A DNA stretch of 64,000 bases from a virus. The stretch lies in IMG/VR virus record IMGVR_UViG_3300043775_002552, positions 4,604-68,603 of that record, one strand, 5' to 3'. Shown in pieces: positions 28,701-38,870 of this stretch. A model generated the notes under the pieces. The model was given only the letters and a program-made list of their open reading frames with translations. It ran no database searches and was not told where the DNA came from. The translations under genes and the position numbers were made by a program. Position 1 is the first letter of the stretch; every line of letters starts with the position of its first letter.

Positions 28701-31700
28701 ATTTAGCATGGAGAACATCTAATAGTCCTGGATTTACCGTTGAAGATTTGCCAGTTTCAGAAATAGGTCCAAATGGTGGAAGGATTATGTGGTTTCCTCC
28801 GTATGATTTAACTTTTAGTGAAGACGTTAAAACCAATTGGACCGATCACACATTCTTAGGTAGAACAGAACCTATATATACATATGGTAGTACATCAAGA
28901 TCAGGAAGTATAGGTTTTAAGATTTTAGTCGATCACCCATCTATTTTAAATACAATAGTTAAAAAAGAATTAGCGAAGACATCACCTGAATCTAAATTAA
29001 CAAAAGTTGTAGATTCATTTTTTGCGGGATGTACTCAATACGATATATACGATTTACTTAAAAAGTTTGCTGAATTTTCAATAAGTGATGTTTATGCGGT
29101 TAGACAAGAGTTAGGTGATATCGCATCTGGTGCCGGTGTTCCTGAAACGACACAAGAAACAAAATCAGGTGATTTTTCAGTATATTTTAATAAGGTTTCT
29201 TTATTTTTTGATAACAATTCACCTACAGATGATACAACAAGTTATGATACTTTATTGACTGAGTATAAAAATAAAATTGATGGGGAATATCAAACAAGAT
29301 GTAAAAATATTTTTATAAACTATAGTAATAAAGATTACGAAGCGGATATCGTGGCTCAAAAACAAGATGTTAACTTTTTTGAAGATACTATTGATGCAAC
29401 GGTTGCGGGTATAAATGATTTTAAAAAATATATAGAAAGTAATTACGATACTTTTAACACTAAACTTTTAAAAGATATTAAGGGCTTTTTAAAACAAAAA
29501 GAAGGTAATGAACTAACTTTAGAAGTTAAAGGTAATGCATTACCATATCTTTCAAAAAGTGATAATAAAAAGTTGTCAGAAAAAAGATTTAACTCACTAA
29601 AAGAATATCTTAAAAAAGACAAAGATATTGGAAAATTAGTTGATAAACAATTTATAATTGTCGATAAGTCAGATGGAAAACCAATATTTTCATTAAACAA
29701 CGAAAATAATTATGATAAGATAGATTGTAATACTCCGTTTAAAGGTCAAGATGCCGATAAAGAAACTGGGGTTTATTCTGTAAATGCGATGTTTTGTAGA
29801 TCACTACAGATAACAAATATTTTATTAAAAGAAAACAACAAACCAAACGGAGATAATCCCGATAGTGAAAATACAAGTACACTACCTGAAAATGGAATAG
29901 AACAAAAAGAAGGTACCGAAACGACACCTCAAGAAATTAAACCACAAATACCACCAAACACTAGAAAAGACATTGTTAAAAGGTTATTAAGAAAATTATT
30001 AAAAGAATCTGATTATTTTGAAATGATTCAAGAAAATGAACCAATGTTGTATGATGGCATAAAACAAAAACTTAGGCATTTTGATCCCGCGTTTCACTCA
30101 ATGACACCTGAAGGATTAAACTCAAGGCTTACATTTTTACAACAATGTATGAGACCTGGAGATACCATACCAACCGTTAAAAATGTTGAAGGAGAAACGA
30201 CCAAACTTGATTATAGTGATGCTTTCAATAGTGCGTTTGGATCCCCTCCAATTTGTATTTTAAGGATTGGTGATTTTTATCATACAAAAATTGTTATAGA
30301 TAGTTTAGGGTTTACATATGATGATGTTGCTTTTGATTTAAATCCAGAAGGGATTGGAGTACAGCCAATGATTGTTGATGTAAAAATGAGTTTTAATTTC
30401 ATTGGTGGACAAGGGTTAAGAGAGCCAATAGAAAAATTACAAAACGCTTTAAGTTTTAATTATTATGCAAATACAGAAATGTATGATGAAAGAGCAGATG
30501 AAACAGAACCTGTAAGTGATAAATTAACTGCTGAACTTATTGCTTTAGGTCAAGAGGCTCTTGGAATTAGAACAAATACCACAACAAAACCAAATACGGA
30601 TGGTGGAGATCCTATTGGTACTATTGTAAATCAAATTGTAGATCCAAATAATGGTGCAGTTACAGGGGACATCTTTTATGAAAAACCTTTCAACGATTAC
30701 GTTAACACAACTAAAAATTATTTTGAATCTGTAATCGATGGATTGTCACAAATAAATAATGATTTTTTATATGGTGGATTAATATTGGCAACAAAAGAAA
30801 GAAATTATGTTGAGGGTACAATTAGAGGTGGAGGTACAGGAGCAACCGAAACTAAACTATTTGGTCACAATGTAAACTTACAACAAAAAGTTGATACTCT
30901 ATTTGAAAAAACAAATAAAGACGTGAAAGATGATGTTTCACCTTTACTTGAAGATATAAATACTAAAAACTTTAAAAATTCTGATATTCGTGACTATAAG
31001 AAAAAAATAGAAGAGTTGTTAAATACAAAACAACAAGATTATTTATCAAATTTAAAAAAATCACTTCTTAAATCAGACCAAGAACAATTAAATCTTATAA
31101 AATTAATAGATAAATTAAGTTTTGTTTCTGGAGATAAAGATGGTTATAAAACAAGTAAAGGGGTTGCTGTTATTTATCAAATATCAGGAAAAACAGAAGG
31201 GGGTACAACAAACACTTTAGTTGATTATAAAAAAGATATGGATACCATAATTGGGGATACCCAAAAATTTTATAGCACACTATACAAATATAAATTGATA
31301 CCATCAGGTACAACTGAAGAGTATAATGAAAATTTTGATTTTGAAATACCTTTCTTTCCTTATACTAATGTTGATACAACAAAACCGGTAGAAAATAGAT
31401 TATATATGACATTAGGGGTTGATATTATAGACAAAAAAATTGATGTGATAAATAATTTATATTCTTCTGTTGAAAATTCAGATAATAGTGCCGATTGGAA
31501 ACTATATATTGAAAATACGGTAAATAAATTAAGTACAAAATATATTAAATGTAGTAGTGATTTTGCAATTTCTAATAATAAATTTATAAATGACGAATTT
31601 ATTTTATCGATTAAAACAAATTATAGAAAAGATTTAACAAGTAAGAAAAGGACTATGAATTATTCTGTTCAAACACCGACAAACACAACGGACGGAAATA

Positions 31701-31774
31701 ATTTAATTAAATTATACCAAGCAAAAGGGGAGAATGGTCCTAAATATAATTTTGTAAAAGATTTTAGAGGATAG
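25784..31774 (+). CDS. Giant baseplate/tube-initiator-like protein with N-terminal repeats and OmpA-like insertion
   Basis: W....FLGRTEPIYTY..TSRSG.I.F and PPICILRIGDFY..K.VI.SL...Y...PMIVDV.MSF are the two halves of a tube-like fold. About 7 NxYGP repeats. Adjacent to the LysM and hub genes. Confidence 0.6.
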   Translation: MESPLSFDSSENFRKKLLVRNLKPYSVDQSFNSSDVPGISDITLIDYSVIDSPSIDEIGQKQEGILYVQNQYAPNDQKELYGNVVNINLNQNTKSNDGIYDFSKTIGSQLETRGNSQEMLLYVNNLYGPNGDDKFGNTVNINENLQTNGNLGEYNLNFTNQSKLELFGNQQEIFLYTNNIYGPQNNNSYGETVDINQNLQLTTNVGEYDFTDSIGSKLESIGNFQEQVLYTNNIYGPSDNTSYGDSVNINQNKQFTANVGEYGPTTGTNPKTTDQSRNDSYVLNEYGPEDNDGYGTDINPVIESNLQTTSNRGFYDSNIGLYGDDLSLTLTPTPKTPSQYRDDLYVVNEYGPDNIDGYGFDVNPRFGANLQTTSNQGPYNEGASSGPELTSDQSRTFAYVKNEYGPESDNGYGDQINSIIDTNLQTTSNQGEYDYVLSPLPLTSTQSQAEAYGDNKYVNGDGSYEEVTISDLTEIIERTFLPYAESETTFIFVPSIYTPFEILEKQNPQGSDGSLSQDSSLAQLGAERLQKEFKARVALELLQQTVNRVNAFDTSINTDTGNVSVKPNTDPFNVIGIVSGNIPLLARDFTVTRPDLFLGQGINFAAKLAGLYSPYSYIPGEYFDYPKKRLVNQALENPIGAATQAIAGLVNKVTSLNIENGSELFLANTSQATSDLLFEQLSYNPYRPDYRGNSLRDPNLLAPKPIYYIGDRKSLLKSITPINQQPENRFGDITDAAVFGHGGLGTDYETYKERSVGKNFLFGLNSRGYYDGANNPNGTDAGTIYGGFTWGSSDSGTIGKKIGYNNEVYGEAGQDEVLLSGLRGTLAGDYGSFRPDSILDVTNKLVLKSEEASGLYKQRHVGNAISQVSKVFNDGNIELTKGSRVIRYSTPTSKNSENANDVVGYEYCRVFTKDNPYYLYSNLQKTAKNIRGFDNSVLTNTYNLNIAPTSDFNSSTIDYANRKVKKYMFSLENLAWRTSNSPGFTVEDLPVSEIGPNGGRIMWFPPYDLTFSEDVKTNWTDHTFLGRTEPIYTYGSTSRSGSIGFKILVDHPSILNTIVKKELAKTSPESKLTKVVDSFFAGCTQYDIYDLLKKFAEFSISDVYAVRQELGDIASGAGVPETTQETKSGDFSVYFNKVSLFFDNNSPTDDTTSYDTLLTEYKNKIDGEYQTRCKNIFINYSNKDYEADIVAQKQDVNFFEDTIDATVAGINDFKKYIESNYDTFNTKLLKDIKGFLKQKEGNELTLEVKGNALPYLSKSDNKKLSEKRFNSLKEYLKKDKDIGKLVDKQFIIVDKSDGKPIFSLNNENNYDKIDCNTPFKGQDADKETGVYSVNAMFCRSLQITNILLKENNKPNGDNPDSENTSTLPENGIEQKEGTETTPQEIKPQIPPNTRKDIVKRLLRKLLKESDYFEMIQENEPMLYDGIKQKLRHFDPAFHSMTPEGLNSRLTFLQQCMRPGDTIPTVKNVEGETTKLDYSDAFNSAFGSPPICILRIGDFYHTKIVIDSLGFTYDDVAFDLNPEGIGVQPMIVDVKMSFNFIGGQGLREPIEKLQNALSFNYYANTEMYDERADETEPVSDKLTAELIALGQEALGIRTNTTTKPNTDGGDPIGTIVNQIVDPNNGAVTGDIFYEKPFNDYVNTTKNYFESVIDGLSQINNDFLYGGLILATKERNYVEGTIRGGGTGATETKLFGHNVNLQQKVDTLFEKTNKDVKDDVSPLLEDINTKNFKNSDIRDYKKKIEELLNTKQQDYLSNLKKSLLKSDQEQLNLIKLIDKLSFVSGDKDGYKTSKGVAVIYQISGKTEGGTTNTLVDYKKDMDTIIGDTQKFYSTLYKYKLIPSGTTEEYNENFDFEIPFFPYTNVDTTKPVENRLYMTLGVDIIDKKIDVINNLYSSVENSDNSADWKLYIENTVNKLSTKYIKCSSDFAISNNKFINDEFILSIKTNYRKDLTSKKRTMNYSVQTPTNTTDGNNLIKLYQAKGENGPKYNFVKDFRG
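25979..27160 (+). repeat. Seven-plus tandem ~52-64 aa coding repeats
   Basis: Y.xN.YGP....YG..(V/I)N...NLQT..N.G.Y unit repeated seven times plus a partial copy. Confidence 0.85.
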
Positions 31775-31778
31775 TATT

Positions 31779-32096
31779 ATGCAGTATTATGATAGATATG
31801 GGAATTTTTTAATAAATGGGCAACAAAGTGTTGTCCCTTATGTAACGTTACCATTAAAAGCCACAGACCAAAGATATGTATATCGAACTAATAGAAGTCG
31901 ATTAGACAAAATAAGTTTTGAAAAATACGGAACACCATCATTTGGGTGGTTAATTTTACAGGCCAATCCAATTTATGGTGGATTAGAAAGTAATATACCT
32001 GATGGAACAAATTTAATTATACCATTTCCTTTAATCTCTTCTCTTCAAGACTACAAATCGGCAATAGATAACTATATATTTTATTATGGCAGGTAA
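31779..32096 (+). CDS. LysM-like baseplate protein (P2 gpX / T4 gp53-like)
   Basis: RLDKIS...YG....GWLILQANP...I..G..L.IP. Confidence 0.8.
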   Translation: MQYYDRYGNFLINGQQSVVPYVTLPLKATDQRYVYRTNRSRLDKISFEKYGTPSFGWLILQANPIYGGLESNIPDGTNLIIPFPLISSLQDYKSAIDNYIFYYGR

Positions 32097-35000
32097 GATT
32101 CAAACAAAAAATGTATACGTAGATACTGAATATGATAATATAATCATTATAGATCCAAATCTAATTAGAGAGGCTGATGGGTCACCATCAAAAAGATTAG
32201 TTGATCACGAAGATTTAGTTTACTATGCGAATTTAGAAACCAAAGTGGTTCCTAGAACTAAATTTGCGGCTGGAGAAGATTTAGAGCTGGTTAATACCGG
32301 TATTGCAAGTTTTATTGGAGGTAATTCTAACGAGTCATTAAATTTTTTACAACCAAAAAAAAATTTAGGAGAAAACGAAAGAAATTATTTTGACACTAGT
32401 TGGTCTGATCAGTTAACGGGAAAAGGATCAAGAAATCAACAAGGGGCTAATCAAACGGTTTCCAACACGTCATTTAATGATGTTACCGATGCGTTAGGAA
32501 ATAAAACAATAAAAGAAAAAACAACTCGTACTGTTGCAAATTATAAAGACACACAAACTTTAGGTATAAAGTCAATAAAAGTAACCGTAAATGCCGCTGG
32601 AGTACCAAGTGTCGATATGACTTTAGTTGATATACAAGGTAGAACTCTTTTTGAACAAGGAGAAAATTCACTATATTCAGTATTTTTTAATTTACCATAT
32701 CCTGCGTTTTATTTAACCCTTAAAGGTTATTATGGTAAGGCAATTAGATACCAACTGGCATTAATATCATTTAATGCTAAATTAGATTCAAGTAACGGAA
32801 ATTTTGATATAAGTTTAAAACTTATAGGTAGACCAAGTGCTCTTTTATTTGACACACTTTTAACTTATGGTAAAACTTTACCAAAAATGTATAAAAAAGA
32901 AATTGTTCAAAATGGGAAAACTTTCACAAGTGACCAAGTTGGTACTGGATCACAAGGTCAAAGAAATGTAGATTACAGCCTTGGACGACAATATTTAGAA
33001 TCAACGTATGCATATTACGAGTCAAAAGGATTAATACCTGAAGGTTTCCCAAGATTGGGTATAGAAGATTTTACAATGAAAGTAGAGTCTTTTAGTGAGT
33101 GGTTAAAACAAGAAACGGGTAAAGGTAATTTTAATGTTTTATCCGATGTTTATAAATTTAGAACTGATCTTTTAGGTTTAAAAACTGAAGTATATGACTT
33201 AGCTATATCAAAATATTTGGATTTAAATAATCCTTTTGTTATAAACGACGAAATATATTATCCATTTCTTAGTGGTATCAATGAGACAACACAAAAGGCG
33301 TTTAATTCTCAAGTTAGAAGTGCAATCACACAATATAAGGCAGATTTAGAAGCAAACCCATCACTTGGGAAAGGTGGAGTAATCCAAGTTTATAAAGATC
33401 CGAAAAAGGTAAATAGTACACCAACAAGAATTGGAGAAATAAAAATAACAATTGATGATGATATCATACAAGAAAGAGAATTTTCAACAGCACCTTTAAC
33501 ACAAAAAGATTATGAACAAACATATACCCAAAGATTTGGAAAAAACCCAAGTGAAAACCCAAATGATTTTAGTGAGTTTGTAATAAATCTTACAAATCAA
33601 ATACAAGCGGTTGGATACAAAATTGAAAACGGAAAATTAGTGGCTAAACCTTTTTATTTTTACAAATACGGAACAAAAGATAAGTTTGGCAACCTATTAG
33701 TTGAAACACCAAAACCCGGATTTTTAAAAAAATGGAAGGACATTAATGCAGAACTTGATATAAAAGAAATAGAAATAGAAGAAGAACTAGGTACTTTTAT
33801 AGCCAAAACGGCTTCTGTTGACACAACAAACGGTTTAGGGTTTGTTCCGTCCATAAGAAATATTTTTGCAGTTTTATTTGCCGGAGTTGATTCTTTTTAT
33901 CGTTTAATGGATAAAACACATAGGGATGCTTGGAATTTAAGGGAAAACGCAAAAAGATTAGAAACAATACAAGAAGGAAAAAGTAAATTCATAGGTAACG
34001 ATAGAATTATTTATCCTTGGCCATTATATTATGCCGAAGAGTTTGATTCGAAAAATAATAAAAAATCATATGTAGTACAATATATTGGAGACCCAAAATA
34101 CACAAGTTTAACTAACGGTACTAACTACACGGTATGGCCTGAGGTAGAATTTACCGAAGAGTTTTTAACCGGTATGGCTAGTAAACTTGTAAGTAAACCA
34201 TCAAATGCTGGTAACCCAACAACAGTAGTTAAAAAAAATCAAGTAAATTCAATTTACAATAAAGATTTTGCGTATCCTACAAACACTACCGCAAACTTTT
34301 TAACTGAATTTTTAGAAAGATCATATATAAATGCACATTACGGGAAATTCAACTCAGACAAGTTACAAAATATTATTAAAATTCAAATGGCTGATTTGGA
34401 GGGTGAAAACATAAAAGAAAGTGTTAATGGAGATTTTGAAATAATTGATTTTTTTCAAAACCAAGTAAAAAATGCTTCCGATTTTTATACGTTTATGGAA
34501 AGAACTTTTCCAAATAGTACGTGGTTCAGGTATAAAAATAATATTTTCTCAACAAATTATTTAGTTAATCAATTAAGTACTGGAGGTACTCAAACAATAT
34601 TAAGTACCGATTATATTAGTTCTATAACGGTAGATACTACTGCCGATTTAAGAGATAAAGTTTCTGAATATTTAGAAGACACTATTTCAAATGAAAAATC
34701 ATTATTGGACCTATATCCATTTACCGAAAATAGTTGGATGATAAAAAACATGGGTAATAGTGTTGTTGGTGGGTTTAAAGAGACAACAAAAATTTACACA
34801 ATAGAGGATAATATAGAAAAAATAATCAGAGACAGTAAAGATAAAAACGGAAACGAAATAAACCTTATTACTAATAGTAGGGTATTTGTAAACGCACTAA
34901 ATAATATATCAAACCCAACAAATGGTGGGGAAGTTGCAGTTAAGGATGCTCAGTCATTAAAACAATTTTTTGATAATAGAGTTACTGATGTTGAGCAAAG

Positions 35001-38000
35001 AGATTTCTTTTTAACTGAGTCAGTAATAAATTATGGTGCATCATATAGTGGTCAGGTTCAAACAAAAAAACAAACAAATACAATATTAAATACGCCATAT
35101 TTTGTTAATGCGATAAGTAAAGGGGTTGAGTTAGAAAAAATTAGCGGTGATACTCCATATGCAACTTTAGGTTATTTATTTCTTAATTCTTTACCACTTA
35201 TAACAACAAGAGAAAGATTAAAAAATAGAGTATTAGGTGACCAAGAAGATTTAGATTATTTATCTACATCATTTAATAAAATATCAGCTTACCATAAATT
35301 ACCATATGCTTGGGTTTTAAAATATGGATCAATTTGGCATAGATATAAAAGATACGTTGAAGATCAAGTTGATATTTTAGACGACGTATGGAAAGATTTG
35401 GATTATGCAAAAAATTATGACCCAATAACAAATGATAAAACAAAAACATATCAATTAAAGTTAACCAGTTTAACAGGCACAAGTAGTGTAATGTTACAAA
35501 ACATTATAACACCACCAATTCCGTTGTCTAATACGAACAATTATAATGTGGGGTTTTATCCAAAAATTATTAACGATGTTTATTATTACTTTTCTAAAAA
35601 AGATCTTTTTGTTGACCCTACAACAAAAAAATTTGACGTTACAGATGCAACAATACTTTCTGCTCAGAATGACAAAAATTTAGAAATAAATAAAAATAGT
35701 AAGTCATCATATTTAATTGCGCCTTTAGATGTTAATGGAAATCAACAATATTTGGTTAATACATTTTACTCCACGATGAGAGTAAATGGTAATACAGATT
35801 TACCATTTTACACTGAAGATTTAACTTTACTATTCCCGTCTATGGGGTCATTTGGAATTAATTTTACAGGTAACACATCATTCAATCAATCACTGTTTGA
35901 ATGTTTTGACGATCAAAAGAAAAATAAAATTTCTTTAACAGATAATCCGGCATTTTATAATGGAACCGTAAGGTCGCTATGGAAAGGACCAAATTTTGGT
36001 TATTTTGATAATAGTAATATTAAAAAACCACAACCATATGAGTACATGAAAAAAGTCAAATCGTTGGTTGAAATACAAAGTTCTTATGATTTATTAAATT
36101 ACGACGAAGATTATTCTACAATTGAAGAAATATTTGGAATTTTTAATAAAGAAACATTGGATTTGTTTGAAAAGTATTTTTTATTATTTGTTTCACCTGT
36201 CGCATCTAACGAAGGTATTGTATTAGAAAACGAATTGTTTGGAGCTACATTAGAGAGTCCACCTGTAAATATCCCCGTTCAGTCAAGAAGATTATTTTAT
36301 TATATGAAATCATTGTTCTGTGTGGAACAAATAGGTTCTGATTACACAAATAGACAAATGGAGACATTCACTTCAAATATACTGTTTTTATTTCAAAACG
36401 TATTATTTAGAAATGGAAATCCAGGAAACTTTAACAGAAAATTGTTTAATGACTTTTCAGAATCAACAAATTATGCAACACAGGCTGAATTTTTAAAAAC
36501 AACACCTGATCCGTATTTAAATAACTTACCGCCAAGTATAACAATACAAACATCTAAATCGTCATACCCCGATGAATGGAAAACCCTTCAACTATATGTT
36601 GGGTTTTCAACTATTAATAATATGTCCTATAGTGCTCAATCATATATTACGGATTTCTTTAGTGATAATAATATTGGATTTAATGAAAATAACATTATAA
36701 AATATGCGCCACTTATAAAATTATACGCAACGTATAAATTAGACGACCCAACATTTAATAATATTAAATTCAAAACAATAATTCTTGATTTTTTAAATTC
36801 AACACAAAAATATCAAGATGATATGATTACAGAAACAATAAGGTATTTGAAAAAAAATCTACCTTCTGTAACACCTGTAAGCGCAGTTAACCCAATTTCA
36901 ACAGTTAGTGGTAACGTTATAAAATTAGAAACATATTCAACACTTAAGACATTAAACGATAAATGGATTGCCGGAAGTGACTTTCAAACTAAAACATTGT
37001 TTGAGGATTTCTTATTTATGGATAGGGCAAATAACGACATTGGGGATAAATTCACAATAGATTTATTTGCGGTTAAGAGTCTTATAGAAAATAACGATAA
37101 GGCGACCATGATGGATATTGTAAGTAAAATATTAGGAGACAACAACTTTATATTTTTTGCAATGCCGGCGTACATAAACTTTTATAACTTACAAAAGTCG
37201 GTAAGAGACAATGAAGAAATACCATATGACATACCTAATTCACTTTTTGGTACTTATCTTAATGTGGACTATATAAATTCGAAACCAAAGTTTTTATGTA
37301 TGTACACTGGTAAAGGATCTGAGAACTTACCAAGTGATGCAGAATTTAATAAGTTTGATAGTGACTCAATGGATTTAACAAAACCTGCACAACAAACAGT
37401 TTCTTCAAGTAATGTTAATTTAGATAAAGAAAAGTCAAATGTATTGGTCGGGTTTAATGTTGATTTTGGAATCCAACACCAAAACATTTTTAAAGATTTA
37501 TCATTAGATATGTCTGAAAATAAAAATACCGCTGAGACATTTAAAATACAATCACAAATTGCAAATTCGGCATCGGGAGATAAAGTTGCTCAACAATCAA
37601 CATCATTATATAGTATATATAGAACAAGATCATATACTTGTGGTGTTAATTCTATGGGTAATGTAATGATACAACCCACTATGTATTTTAACCTTAGACA
37701 CGTTCCTCTTTTTAGAGGTGCTTATTGGATACAGGAAGTGTCTCATGACATTAACGACAAAGAATTTAAAACGGACTTTAAAGGAATTAGAATGCCAATA
37801 TTTAGTTTTCCTGATCCTGATAGTTATACTGCGTCGATTAATAAAAGTTTAGTTGAAAGAATAAAACCTGACGCAATTGCTACTGGAACTACAAATTGGC
37901 CTATGGGTGCTGGTTTTAAAAGAGACCCTGACGCGACATTAAACAATACACCATTAAAAAGTACAGAACAGGAATGTAAAGATAATTTAAATGCTGCTTA

Positions 38001-38598
38001 TAGTACTTATTCAGGTATACCTGCTGAAACAAGAATTATAAGTGGGGATGATTTGAAAAATAAACTTAGTGCGTACACAGTAAACTTAAAAGCTTTACTA
38101 TATGGTACTGCGATGAGAAACCCCTCAAATAGAAGAAACGGAGACAACCAAGAACAAATCAGCACATTTAATTACAACATATTTGGTTTTGATCTTAAAA
38201 ATAAATACGGAGGAAGTATTGCAACCGCATACCTAAATGCATCTTATGCTTGTGTTGCCATTGAAAATATAACAACACCGATCGTTAACTTCAAAAGTTA
38301 CAAACAGTGTATTGAAATGGCAAATGCATTATATGGTACATGGATTGCAATAATACCTGACGTTGCGGCATTAAGTACTGAAACCACACCTGAAAGAAAA
38401 ACGGCAGATGCCCTTGCGAGATTTTATATAACATTAATTGAAAATAAATGGACAAAAAATACTGCACCAACTAAAAATGATATATATAATAATAGTGATG
38501 TTATACAGACAACTCAGGCTTACGGACCTGACCAGCCAAATGGGGCATTAGATGCGTATATTGACGTTTTTGAGTATGCGTTGAAAAAAGTTTCTTAA
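32086..38598 (+). CDS. Giant baseplate hub protein (gp27/gpD-like) with large insertions
   Basis: N-terminal GIKSIKV...V.MTLVD..G. C-terminal SYTC.V.SMGN..IQP..YF.L...P.F.GAY.I.EVSH.I....F.T.F.G.R hub motif. Confidence 0.65.
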   Translation: MAGKIQTKNVYVDTEYDNIIIIDPNLIREADGSPSKRLVDHEDLVYYANLETKVVPRTKFAAGEDLELVNTGIASFIGGNSNESLNFLQPKKNLGENERNYFDTSWSDQLTGKGSRNQQGANQTVSNTSFNDVTDALGNKTIKEKTTRTVANYKDTQTLGIKSIKVTVNAAGVPSVDMTLVDIQGRTLFEQGENSLYSVFFNLPYPAFYLTLKGYYGKAIRYQLALISFNAKLDSSNGNFDISLKLIGRPSALLFDTLLTYGKTLPKMYKKEIVQNGKTFTSDQVGTGSQGQRNVDYSLGRQYLESTYAYYESKGLIPEGFPRLGIEDFTMKVESFSEWLKQETGKGNFNVLSDVYKFRTDLLGLKTEVYDLAISKYLDLNNPFVINDEIYYPFLSGINETTQKAFNSQVRSAITQYKADLEANPSLGKGGVIQVYKDPKKVNSTPTRIGEIKITIDDDIIQEREFSTAPLTQKDYEQTYTQRFGKNPSENPNDFSEFVINLTNQIQAVGYKIENGKLVAKPFYFYKYGTKDKFGNLLVETPKPGFLKKWKDINAELDIKEIEIEEELGTFIAKTASVDTTNGLGFVPSIRNIFAVLFAGVDSFYRLMDKTHRDAWNLRENAKRLETIQEGKSKFIGNDRIIYPWPLYYAEEFDSKNNKKSYVVQYIGDPKYTSLTNGTNYTVWPEVEFTEEFLTGMASKLVSKPSNAGNPTTVVKKNQVNSIYNKDFAYPTNTTANFLTEFLERSYINAHYGKFNSDKLQNIIKIQMADLEGENIKESVNGDFEIIDFFQNQVKNASDFYTFMERTFPNSTWFRYKNNIFSTNYLVNQLSTGGTQTILSTDYISSITVDTTADLRDKVSEYLEDTISNEKSLLDLYPFTENSWMIKNMGNSVVGGFKETTKIYTIEDNIEKIIRDSKDKNGNEINLITNSRVFVNALNNISNPTNGGEVAVKDAQSLKQFFDNRVTDVEQRDFFLTESVINYGASYSGQVQTKKQTNTILNTPYFVNAISKGVELEKISGDTPYATLGYLFLNSLPLITTRERLKNRVLGDQEDLDYLSTSFNKISAYHKLPYAWVLKYGSIWHRYKRYVEDQVDILDDVWKDLDYAKNYDPITNDKTKTYQLKLTSLTGTSSVMLQNIITPPIPLSNTNNYNVGFYPKIINDVYYYFSKKDLFVDPTTKKFDVTDATILSAQNDKNLEINKNSKSSYLIAPLDVNGNQQYLVNTFYSTMRVNGNTDLPFYTEDLTLLFPSMGSFGINFTGNTSFNQSLFECFDDQKKNKISLTDNPAFYNGTVRSLWKGPNFGYFDNSNIKKPQPYEYMKKVKSLVEIQSSYDLLNYDEDYSTIEEIFGIFNKETLDLFEKYFLLFVSPVASNEGIVLENELFGATLESPPVNIPVQSRRLFYYMKSLFCVEQIGSDYTNRQMETFTSNILFLFQNVLFRNGNPGNFNRKLFNDFSESTNYATQAEFLKTTPDPYLNNLPPSITIQTSKSSYPDEWKTLQLYVGFSTINNMSYSAQSYITDFFSDNNIGFNENNIIKYAPLIKLYATYKLDDPTFNNIKFKTIILDFLNSTQKYQDDMITETIRYLKKNLPSVTPVSAVNPISTVSGNVIKLETYSTLKTLNDKWIAGSDFQTKTLFEDFLFMDRANNDIGDKFTIDLFAVKSLIENNDKATMMDIVSKILGDNNFIFFAMPAYINFYNLQKSVRDNEEIPYDIPNSLFGTYLNVDYINSKPKFLCMYTGKGSENLPSDAEFNKFDSDSMDLTKPAQQTVSSSNVNLDKEKSNVLVGFNVDFGIQHQNIFKDLSLDMSENKNTAETFKIQSQIANSASGDKVAQQSTSLYSIYRTRSYTCGVNSMGNVMIQPTMYFNLRHVPLFRGAYWIQEVSHDINDKEFKTDFKGIRMPIFSFPDPDSYTASINKSLVERIKPDAIATGTTNWPMGAGFKRDPDATLNNTPLKSTEQECKDNLNAAYSTYSGIPAETRIISGDDLKNKLSAYTVNLKALLYGTAMRNPSNRRNGDNQEQISTFNYNIFGFDLKNKYGGSIATAYLNASYACVAIENITTPIVNFKSYKQCIEMANALYGTWIAIIPDVAALSTETTPERKTADALARFYITLIENKWTKNTAPTKNDIYNNSDVIQTTQAYGPDQPNGALDAYIDVFEYALKKVS

Positions 38599-38635
38599 TT
38601 TATTCAACTATTATGATATTTATTATTAAAAGATT

Positions 38636-38860
38636 ATGGATATGAAAAATTTATTAGATAATTATTTGAAAAAAGATACACGTATTTCAGAAAAACAAAT
38701 TGAAAATGGGTATAAAGAAGTGTGCGATCTTGATACAGGTGATTGCTACACAGTAAGAATGAAGGATGGTCTTATTGAAAGAGTTGATAACACCAAAAAT
38801 GTTAATAGAACATTAAGAGTTGAAACACCTACGGGAGTTAAAACATTATTAAACGGATAA
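38636..38860 (+). CDS. Hypothetical protein
   Basis: Clean ORF after TATTTAT (38617-38623). Contains CDLDTGDC. Confidence 0.7.
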   Translation: MDMKNLLDNYLKKDTRISEKQIENGYKEVCDLDTGDCYTVRMKDGLIERVDNTKNVNRTLRVETPTGVKTLLNG

Positions 38861-38870
38861 AAATAAAGAT

